Below are positions 54,852 to 64,000 of a stretch of DNA of 64,000 nucleotides, piece after piece (the stretch's first letter is position 1; the number at the start of each line of letters is the position of its first letter). The stretch comes from Mobula hypostoma (Eukaryota): NCBI RefSeq assembly GCF_963921235.1, contig NC_086107.1, positions 116,438,001-116,502,000 of the forward strand. The letters are read 5' to 3'. Position numbers and translations under genes: made by a program. The notes below the pieces were generated by a model. The model searched no databases. It was not told the origin of the DNA and saw nothing but the letters and a program-made list of their open reading frames with translations.

Positions 54852-57242
54852 AAGAGGATTTGTGTTGGGACTGATCTTTTTACATTATATGTCAATGATT
54901 TGGATGATGGAATTGATGGCTTTGTTGCAAAGTTTGCAGACAATATGAAGATAGGTGGAAGGGCAGGTAGTTTGAGGAAGTTGAGAGGCTACAGAAGGAC
55001 TTAGATTAGGAGAATGGGCAAAGAAATGGCAGATGGAATATAGGGTTGGAGAGTGTATGGTCATGCACTTTGCTAGAGAAATGAAAGAATTGACTATTTT
55101 CTGAATTAAGAGAAAATACAAAAAAAAACTGAGGCACAAAGGGATTTGGGAGTCCTTGTGCAGGATTCCCCAAAGGTTAATTTTCAGGTTGAGTCAATGA
55201 TGAGGAAGGTAAATGTGATGTTAGCATTCATTTCAAGAGGACTAGAATATGAAAGCAAGGATGTAATGTTGATACTTTATACACAGGTGAGGCCTCGCTG
55301 GGAGTACTGACAGCAGTTCTGAGCCCCTATCTTGGAAAGAATGTGCTGAAACTGGAGAGGGATTCAAGGAGGTTCCTGAACATGATTCCAGGGTTGAACG
55401 TCTTGTCATACGAAGAGCGTTTGATGGCTCTGGGCCTCGATTCACTAGAATTCAGAAGAATGAGGGGTGACCTCATTGAAACCTATCGAATGGTGAAAGG
55501 CCTTGACAGAGTGGATGTGGAGAGGATGTTTCCCATGGGGGGAGAGTCTAAGACCAGAGGACACAGCCTCAGAATGGAGAGGCATCTCTTTAGAGCAGAG
55601 GTGAGGAGAAATTTCTTTAGCCTGAGCATGGTGAATCTCAGTGTGGAATTCGTTGCCACAGGCAGCTGTGGAGGCCAAGACTATGTATATTTAAGGCAGA
55701 GGTTGATAGATTCTTGATTGGACAGGACATGAAGGGATGCAGAGAGAAGGCAGGAGATTGGGGCTGAGAGGAAAATTGGATCAGCCATGATGAAATGATG
55801 GAGCAGACTCAATGGGCCAAATGGCCTAATTCTGCTTCTATATCTTATGGTCTAAAACAAATTTCGTGACATATGCTAGTGATATTAAACCTGATTCTAA
55901 TTCAAATCTGAATCAAATTCTTTGAGAAATAACAGGCCTATAGACAAAGGAGTGAGTGGATGTTGTTCACTTGGATTTTCAGAAGGCCTTTAACAAACTG
56001 TTACACGAGGCTGCTCAACAAGATAACAGCACATGGTATTACCGAGAAGATATTAACATGGGTGGAAGATTGGCTGACTAGCAGGAGGCAACGAGTGGAG
56101 ATAAAGGGGCCGTTTCGGGCTGGCTGCTGGTAACGCAAAGATTGGCGTTGGGATCTTTTATTTTTACCAGTGATTTGGATGACAGAATTGGTGGTTCTGT
56201 GGCCAGGTTTGCAGACGATATGAAGATAGATGGAGGGGCAGGTAGTGTTGAGGAAGCTGGGAGTTTTAGGCAGATTAGGAGAATGGGGAAAAAAGTGGCA
56301 GATGGAATACAGTCTGGAAGAGTAAGGTCATGCACTTTGATAGGAGGAATAAAGGTGTGGTTATTTTCTAAACGCGGCTACATTTCAGAAATTAGAGGTG
56401 CAGAGGGAGATAAATGCAATGTTAGCATTCATTTAGAGAGTACAAGAAGTTAAGTTATGATGTAATGCTGAGGCTTCAGAAAGCATTGATCAGGATGCAT
56501 TTGGAGTATTGTTATTGTGAGCAGTTTTGGGCCGACACCCCAGAAGGGTTGTGCTGGCTTTGAAGAGGGTCATGAGAATAACTCCCAGAAATGAAAGGGT
56601 TAATGCATGGCGAGTGTTTGACGCCTGTGGGCCTGCACTCTGGAGTTCGGGAGAATGGGGCAAGGGGAATCCCACCGAAAGGCCGAGAAAAAATGGATGC
56701 GCTGAGGCTGTTCACAATAGCCTAGGACCAGAGGGCACAGATTCAGAACAGAGGTAATGAGGAATTGCTATAGGCAGAGTGGGGAATCTGTGCAATTCAT
56801 TGCCACAGACAGCTGTGGAGGCCACCATTGGGTATATTTAAAGTGGAGGTTGATAGGTTCTTCATTAGTCAGGGATGCAAACGTTATGAGAAGGGAGGGG
56901 AATGGGGTCGAGAAGCACGAGGAACTGGCCACGATGGAGCAGACTTGACATGCTGAATTACCCAAATCTGCTCCTATGCATCACTTTCTTAAGGTCTAAA
57001 CAGAGAGCTCAAAGGAAAAAGCCTGCTTACATTTACCATACTTGATACCCCTCATAATTTAGAGTATCTCTATATAATCTCCCCTTCATCTGCTATACTC
57101 TAGTGAAAAAAACACTCCTAACCAGTTTAACAATTAACCTCAAACAACAGGAATTCTACAGATGATGCTGGAAATTCAAGCAACACACATCAAAGTTGCT
57201 GGTGAACGCAGCAGGCCAAGCAGCATCTCTAGGAAGAGGTGC

Positions 57243-57278
57243 AGTCGACGTTTCAGGCCGAGACCCTTCGTCAGGACT
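57243..57278 (-). ncRNA. Minimal hammerhead ribozyme, inverted copy
   Basis: Reverse complement of 58326-58361. Confidence 0.8.
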
Positions 57279-58325
57279 AACTGAAGGAAGAGTTAGTAAG
57301 AGATTTGAAAGTTGGAGGGGGAGGGGGAGATCCAAAATGATAGGAGAAGACAGGAGGGGGAGGGATGGAGCCAAGAGCTGGACAGGTGATTGGCAAAAGG
57401 GATACGAGAGGATCATGGGACAGGAGACCTGGGGAGAAAGACAAGGAGGTGGGGGGGGGGACCCAGAGGATGGGCAAGAGGTATATTCAGAGGGACAGAG
57501 GGAGAAAAACGAGAGTGAGAGAAAGAATGTGTGCATAAAAATAAGTAACAGGCGGACAGAGCGTAGATGTTCATTCTTGTCCATTCGTCCCCCCCATCCC
57601 TCCCCACTGATCTCCCTCCTGGCACTTATACGTGTAAGCGGAACAAGTGCTACACATGCCCTTACACTTCCTCCCTTACCACCATTCAGGGCCCCAAACA
57701 GTCCTTCCAGGTGAGGCAACACTTCACCTGTGAGTCGTCTGGGGTGATATACTGCATCCGGTGCTCCCGATGTGGCCTTTTATATATCGGCGAGACCCGA
57801 CGCAGACTGGGAGACCGCTTTGCTGAACATCTATGCTCTGTCCGCCAGAGAAAGCAGGATCTCCCAGTGGCCACACATTTTAATTCCACAATCCATTCCC
57901 ATTCTGACATGTCTACCCACGGCCTCCTCTACTGTAGAGATGAAGCTACACTCAGGTTGGAGGAACAACACCTTATATTCCGTCTGGGTAGCCTCCAACC
58001 TGATGGCATGAACATCGACTTCTCTAACTTCCGCTAATGCCCCACCTCCCCCTCGTACCCCATCTGTTACTCATTTTTATGCACACATTCTTTCTCTCAC
58101 TCTCCTTTTTCTCCCTCTGAATATACCTCTTGCCCATCCTCTGGGTCACCCCCCCCCCTTGTCTTTCTTCCCGGACCTCCTGTCCCATGATCCTCTCGTA
58201 TCCCCTTTTGCCAATCACCTGTCCAGCTCTCGGCTCCATCCCTCCCCCTCCTGTCTTCTCCTATCATTTTGCATCTCCCCCTCCCCCTCCAGCTTTCAAA
58301 TCCCTTACTCACTCTTCCTTCAGTT

Positions 58326-58361
58326 AGTCCTGACGAAGGGTCTCGGCCTGAAACGTCGACT
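58326..58361 (+). ncRNA. Minimal type I hammerhead ribozyme in the Penelope repeat
   Basis: AGUC-CUGACGA-AGG(gucucgg)CCU-GAAA-CG-UC/GACU. Confidence 0.8.
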
Positions 58362-59138
58362 GCACCTCTTCCTATAGATGCTGCTTGGCCTGCTGCGTTC
58401 ACCAGCAACTTTGATGTGTGTTGCTTTAACAATTAACCTCGTAACTTAAGCCCTGCAACATCTTTGTAAATTTTCACTGTGCTCCCCCAATCTTACTGAA
58501 TCCTTCCTGTAGATAGGGGATCTGAACTGCACTCAATGCTCCAAATTAACCGCACCAATCACTTGAAAACTTCAATCTAACATCGCAACTCTACAGGGTT
58601 CCCTGAAAGTGGTGTCACAGATGGACGGGACGGGACGGGGCAGTGCAGGTGTTTGACATGGAACAGGAGCTGTGTCACTGGTGACAGAACAGAGATGAGG
58701 AGGAATTTCTTCAGTCTGAGGGTAGTGAATTTGTGGAATTTGTTGCCACAGACAGCTGGGTAGGCCAAGTCATTAGGTATATTTAAGGCAGAGGTTAATA
58801 TGTTCTTGATTAGCCAGGTCATTAAATGTTACGGGGGAGGGCAGGATATTGGGGTTGTGAGAGATAATCAGCCACGATGGAATGGAGGAGCATACTCGAT
58901 GGGCTGAATGGCCTAATTCTGCTCCTGTGTCTTTCAGTCTTACGATTGTGACACTCACCCTGTTTGTGCCTCTCCCAGATCCGATCCCACTCTGGAAAAG
59001 AGAAACAAATGGGGGGTGGGGGGAGGGAGAGGGCAATGAATATCAGACTCGGCATGAACACAGCAACAGTTCCACCGCTTCCTTCAACAGACAGGTACGT
59101 CCACTCACACTCAATCCCACGTGAAAAGAGGAGGGAGA

Positions 59139-59772
59139 TTCACTCTGTGTCTGACCCCAGGAGTGTGCGATGGGACGGTGTGGAGGGAGCTTCACTCTGT
59201 GTCTGACCCCGGGAGTGTGTGATGGGACGGTGTGGAGGGAGTTTCACTCTGTGTCTGACCCCGGGAGTGTGTGATGGGACGGTGTGGAGGGAGATTCACT
59301 CTGTGTCTGACCCCGGGAGTGTGTGATGGGACGGTGTGGAGGGAGATTCACTCTGTGTCTGACCCCGGGAGTGTGCGGTGGGCCGGTGTGGAGAGAGCTT
59401 CACTCTGTGTCTGACCCCGGGAGTGTGTGATGGGACGGTGTGGAGGGAGCTTCACTCTGTGTCTGACCCCGGGAGTGTGCGATGGGACGGTGTGGAGGGA
59501 GTTTCACTCTGTGTCTGACCCCGGGAGTGTGTGATGGGACGGTGTGGAGGGAGATTCACTCTGTGTCTGACCCCGGGAGTGTGTGATGGGACGGTGTGGA
59601 GGGAGTTTCACTCTGTGTCTGACCCTGGGAGTGTGTGATGGAACGGTGCGGAGGGAGATTCACTCTGTGCCCGACCCCGGGAGTGTGTGATGGGTCAGTG
59701 TGGAGGGAGATTCACTCTGTGTCTGACCCCGGGAGTGTGTGATGGGACGGTGTGGAGGGAGATTCACTCTGT
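59139..59772. repeat. 52-bp minisatellite (about 12 copies)
   Basis: Unit ttcactctgtgtctgaccccgggagtgtgtgatgggacggtgtggagggagN. Confidence 0.95.
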
Positions 59773-59781
59773 TCGACCCAC

Positions 59782-60225
59782 CTGTGGAGAAGTAGTGTGC
59801 CAGGGCCCCGTCGTCTGCTCCCCGCCAGCTGTGTCCATGCACAAGGTGTGGGCTACGTGCCCCTTTGCCTCCCTGCTCATGGATGAAGGAAAGCCCCCAA
59901 CGATTGTGGAAGATGGCACCCAGGCCAGGGGGAGTGACATCTCCCTCCCGTCCCCTCCATCGCCGCGCCAGCCCCCCCAGGGGTCTCTCACAGCGTCTGG
60001 AAGATGAGCGGCCCTTCCCCTCTGGCCCCTGTGCCTTCCAGCCTGGGCTCCGGCCTCTGAAGTACCCTCCGCCCCCTCCTCCTCCACCTCCGGCCGGAAG
60101 CTCAATTCCCCTGCAGAACCTGGCAGTCAACGAGGGGTCAGTGGATCGATGGTGTGCAGGGAGGTGGGCACCAGAGGGCGTGTCGGGATCCTGCTCCGCG
60201 CTGTAGCCGTTACACTCGAGGGCAC
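59782..60225 (-). CDS. Putative internal 444-nt exon of the unidentified minus-strand gene (Gly/Arg-rich)
   Basis: Acceptor cccttctctccctccttgcag, donor CAG|gtgggt. Only the phase-1 frame is open across the whole exon. GC-rich unique sequence. Confidence 0.65.
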
Positions 60226-60439
60226 CTGCAAGGAGGGAGAGAAGGGACAGGGTTAGAGAGGGGCACCTCCTCCTCTATCTCCATCCCTCTGTCAATTCCT
60301 CTTCCCTCACTAGGGGGTGCCTCTCCCTGCTCCAAACTTCCTCAATGGAGGAACAACTCTGTCCCCTCATTAGGCCTCCTCACTTAGGGAATCCCCTCTC
60401 TCCCTCACTGTCACCTCATCTGCAGTCTCGTTCCCTCAC

Positions 60440-61080
60440 TTCCTCCCCCACCCTCACTAAAGGAATCCTCTCCCCTCCTTCCCTCAACCTCAGTCCTTCC
60501 CCTCAATGGAGGATCCCTCATCCCTTCCTCCCCCATCCTCACTAGGGGAATCCTCTCCCCTCCTTCCCTCAACCTTGGTCCTTCCCCTCAATGGAGGATC
60601 CCTCATCCCTTCCTCCCCCACCCTCACTAGGGGAATCCTCTCCCCTCCTTCCCTCAACCTTGGTCCTTCCCCTCAATGGAGGATCCCTCATCCCTTCCTC
60701 CCCCACCCTCACTAGGGGAATCCTCTCCCCTCCTTCCCTCAACCTCGGTCCTTCCCCTCAATGGAGGATCCCTCATCCCTTCCTCCCCCACCCTCACTAG
60801 GGGAATCCTCTCCCCTCCTTCCCTCAACCTCGGTCCTTCTCCTCAATGAAGGATCCCTCATCCCTTCCTCCCCCACCCTCACTAGGGGAATCCTCTCCCC
60901 TCCTTCCCTCAACCTCGGTCCTTCCCCTCAATGGAGGATCCCTCATCCCTTCCTCCCCCACCCTCACTAGGGGAATCCTCTCCCCTCCTTCCCTCAACCT
61001 CGGTCCTTCCCCTCAATGGAGGATCCCTCATCCCTTCCTCCCCCATCCTCACTAGAGGAATCCCCTCCCCTCCTTCCCTA
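60440..61080. repeat. 85-bp pyrimidine-rich minisatellite (about 7.5 copies)
   Basis: atggaggatccctcatcccttcctcccc recurs every 85 nt (60506, 60591, 60676, 60761...). Confidence 0.95.
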
Positions 61081-61289
61081 CGTCACCTCCTCTTCCCTCT
61101 AACTCCCACCTTGGGGAGCACCCTCTTTCCCATCCCTCCCTCACTGGGGGCGGGGGGAATGCCCTCCTCTCCCATCTTCCCTCCCCTCCCCTCAATTGAC
61201 GAACACTCCGTTCTCCCATCCGTCTCCGGAGGAACCCAACTCCCTCCCCCCTCCTTCCCTCCTCCCTGCCCTTGCTTTGCTGAGGCACC

Positions 61290-61510
61290 CTCTCCTCACG
61301 GACCCGGTTCCCGCCTCATCACCGCCGCCACCGCGAGTCCCGAGGCTCCTATCAGGGCCTCAGGCCTCGGCCTCCCTCCCGGCCGGAAGCGGAAACCGAA
61401 GGGGTGGGGGGGCAAGAGACCTCATTCGCCCGCTTCCGTACATTTCCTCCTGCGATTTTAAGGTTCCCTCCAACAACACGCAATTGGGAACATGAGTTCC
61501 GCACAGCGGG
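61290..61510 (-). promoter_or_regulatory. CpG-rich promoter/first exon with ETS (CCGGAAG/CTTCCG) motifs
   Basis: Local CpG density; ccggaagcggaa at about 61383-61394 and cgcttccg at about 61431-61438. Confidence 0.55.
61304..61319 (-). CDS. Putative first coding segment (MRREP-G) of the minus-strand gene
   Basis: gcggtgATG lies in a CpG-rich region; donor CGG|gtccgt gives phase 1. A competing donor TCC|gtgagg lies 4 nt further on. Confidence 0.4.
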
Positions 61511-61549
61511 TTGTGGGGAATCATAATACCACACAAGAACTTCTACAAA

Positions 61550-61725
61550 TAACACACATCAAAGTTGCTGGTGAACGCAGCAGGCCAGGCAGCATCTCTA
61601 GGAAGAGGTACAGTTGACGTTTCGGGCCGAGACCCTTCGTCAGGACTAACTGAAAGAAGAGATAGTGAGAGATTTGAAAGTGGGAGGGGGAGGGGAGATC
61701 TGAAATGATAGAAGACAGGAGGGGC
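61550..61725 (-). mobile_element. Penelope terminal-repeat fragment with a hammerhead core (61612-61647)
   Basis: Matches 57182 onward; CTGACGA...CGAAACGTC on the - strand. Confidence 0.8.
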
Positions 61726-62657
61726 TTCTGTAAATGTCTGAATTAACCAGCACATGCAAAATGTGGAGGACTTTGCAGGCCAGGCAGCATCTATGGAGAG
61801 GAGCAAATAGTGGCCATTTCATCAGGACCGTCCAGTAATGCAAATGCATCTGTTGTGTTGGCGAAGATGCAGAGGAGATTGCCCTCTGCAGAGGTGGAGA
61901 GGTATCTCCTGGTCTGGAGCTCTGCGCAATGTAACAGCGAGAAGCTGGAGAGGATGGGACGGTTCTCTCTGCAGAGACGGCGCCAAATAGGGTTCAGTGA
62001 AACGATCATCTTCCCAGTTCTTGCCGATCCAGATACATCGCTGTTTGGTCAGGTAACTCAACACGAGAAATTCTGCAGATGCTGGAAATCCGAACCATCA
62101 GACACAAGATGCTGGAGGAACTCAGCAGGTCAGGCAGCATCTATGGGAGCGAATAAGCAGTTACATTTGGAGCTGGCTCTTCAGGAATGTCATCTGTTTA
62201 CTCTTTTTTGTAGATGCTGCCCGACCTGCTGAGCTCCTCCAAAGCCCACCCTCCCTGTACCTATTCAAAAACGTCTTCAGTGATACAGTTGTAACTGCCT
62301 CAACCACTTCCTCTGGCAGCTTGTTGCATAGATTTCCGCTTAAATCCCTTTGAAATCTCTCCTCCCCCACCTTAAACACATCTTGGACCCTCCTACCCTG
62401 GGGAAAAGACTGTTAAACACATGCTCAGACTGACAGTTTGACATGTGTCTATTTTAATGCAAGGAGTATTATGAACAAAGCGGATGAGCTTAGAGCCTGG
62501 ATCTGTACTTGAAGCTATGATGTTGTGACCATTACAGAAACTCAGGGGTACTTAGAGTGCCAGGCATTAGATGTTTCAGAAAGGACAGGGAGGGAGGCTT
62601 GGCACTGCTGATCAGAGATAGTGTCATGGCTGTAAAAAAGCAGTAAGTCATGGAGGG

Positions 62658-63139
62658 ACTTGGTTGGGTGGTCGGCGACTTGGGCCGGCTCCCCCACTGG
62701 ACTTAGTCTGGTGAGGAGGGTGTGAGGACACCCAGCAGGACTGAAAAAAACAAGACCTGACAAAGGACGGATGAGCTCCTTGTGAGCCAGCGGCCATCTT
62801 CCGTGGAGGAGATTAAAGCCTCACCACGTATCTAGGAATCGTATGCGATTCACTTAGAAGAGACATGATGAACTTGGGCGCTGCACCGTGTGCCTGGACC
62901 TGCCCAAGGCCTCTGTCTAAGGAAGGGCCGAGCTCGAAGAAGTGGCCATGGCTGGAGGCTGACACAGCCTCGGGCTCAAGTTCGGCGGGGGCAGCAGCGG
63001 GCGGTGCCAAGGCGGCCAGCGAGAACAAACTGGAGGAGAGGCTGTACTCGGTGCTGTCGCAAGATCGAAGAAGATGGAGGTGCATAGCCACCAATCCCGG
63101 ATTCGGGACGGCACCCACTGACTGACTGACTGACTGACT
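62658..63139 (+). mobile_element. 482-bp non-autonomous RTE-like retroelement with a (GACT)n tail, inserted in a CR1
   Basis: TSD TGGAGGG at 62651-62657 and 63140-63146; 3' peptide SQDRRRWR resembles RTE ORF ends. Confidence 0.7.
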
Positions 63140-63849
63140 TGGAGGGGTTGTCCACGGAGTCTCTGTGGGTGGAAGTTAGGAATAGGAAGGAGTCAATAAC
63201 TCTACCGGATGCTTTTTATAGACCACCCAATAGTAACAGGGACATTGAGGAGCAGATAGGGAGACAGATTCTGGAAAGGTGTTGTCGTGGTGGCAGATTT
63301 TAATTTCCCACATATTGATTGGCATCTCCCTAGAGCGAGGGGTTTAGATGGGGTGGAGTTTGTCAGGTGTGTTCAGGAAGGTTTCCTGACACAATATGTA
63401 GATAAGCCTACTTGAGGAGAGGCTGTACTTGATCTGGTATTGGGAAATGAACCTGGTCAGGTGTCAGGTCTCTCAGTGGGAGAGCATTTTGGAGAGAGTG
63501 ATCTCAACCCAACTCCTTTACCATAGCATTGGAGAGGGATAGGAACAGATAAGTTAGGAAAACGTTTAATTGGAGTAAGGGGAAATATGAGGCTATCAGG
63601 CAGGAACTTGGAAGCATAAATTCCTCCTGTCCCCAGCTTCCTCTTACAGTCTAAGACTTACCGGTTATTTATTGCTCATTATAAATTGTCCCGTGATTAG
63701 GGTGGGGTTAAATCAGTGGGTTGCTGGGTGGCATGTCTCAGGGGGCCTATCCCGCGCTGTATCCCCAAACAAAATGAACTAAAATGAAACATCGTCAGAG
63801 ATGCCGGGGATGTGGAGCAGAGTCTGAGGAGTCAGGGGAACAGTGAAAG

Positions 63850-64000
63850 ACGTCCAGTCAGAGTACGATGTTGATTTTGTCCAGAGTGCAATGTCGATTT
63901 CGTCCGGTCAGAGTGTGATGTCGATTTCGTCCGGTCAGAGTGTGATGTCGATTTCGTCCGGTCAGAGTACGATGTCGATTTTGTCCGGTCAGAGTGTGAT
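63850..64000. repeat. 27-bp tandem repeat running off the window end
   Basis: Unit cgtccggtcagagtgtgatgtcgattt. Confidence 0.9.

Larger units (their letters stand above)
48603..55912 (+). mobile_element. Rex/RTE-like LINE (endonuclease and RT remnants) interrupted by CR1 copies
   Basis: [33 protein letters not shown] and GAPQGRVLSPLLY; 3' tail taaacctgattct at about 55885-55900. Confidence 0.75.
46990..56995 (+). mobile_element. Outer degenerate CR1 hosting nested LINEs
   Basis: CR1 ORF2 pieces are colinear at about 46990-47480, 48130-48600 and 55915-56995. Confidence 0.7.
57142..58424 (+). mobile_element. Penelope-like element: GIY-YIG endonuclease fragment flanked by inverted terminal (pseudo-LTR) repeats
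   Basis: ORF 57567-58037 VIYCIRCSRCGLLYIGET...VATHFN...LQPDGMN; 57180-57548 is the reverse complement of about 58062-58424; 16-bp TSD TTTAACAATTAACCTC at 57126-57141 and 58425-58440. Confidence 0.92.

Noticed and set aside
57567..58037. Domesticated GIY-YIG nuclease gene
   Set aside because: It is a 5'-truncated Penelope ORF end whose start is created by the inversion junction; it is flanked by TSDs and has no splice support.
59139..61080. CRISPR-like arrays (also 34977-35352 and 41480-44345)
   Set aside because: These are head-to-tail repeats with no unique spacers and no cas genes, in a eukaryotic context.

Overview
Vertebrate genomic DNA. The repeat content (CR1, Rex/RTE and Penelope retroelements, Gypsy LTRs, Tc1 and Tigger transposons) suggests a cartilaginous fish; that assignment is an inference. 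The window holds a complete-looking kinesin-10 gene, KIF22/Kid, on the + strand. It has 14 coding exons with GT-AG junctions and consistent phases, from ATG 3481 to TGA 45351, giving 1872 nt and 623 aa, with AATAAA at 45499. A putative small 3-exon gene on the - strand converges on it tail-to-tail (ATG 61319, stop 45830, 172 aa, not recognised) and has a CpG/ETS-rich promoter at about 61300-61500. The introns are filled with nested, mostly degenerate transposons and several minisatellites. The most notable observation is a 560-bp non-autonomous retroelement with a 12-bp TSD (24309-24868, - strand). Its 5' end folds by hand into a complete HDV-like ribozyme with an unusual hairpin inserted in loop L3. 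Other highlights are minimal hammerhead ribozymes in Penelope terminal repeats, minisatellites that duplicate KIF22 splice donors in frame, and a recursive-splice-like CAG|GTAAGA junction in the P-loop. Nearly all ORFs in the supplied track are TE fragments or spurious. TE boundaries are approximate unless a TSD or TIR is given.
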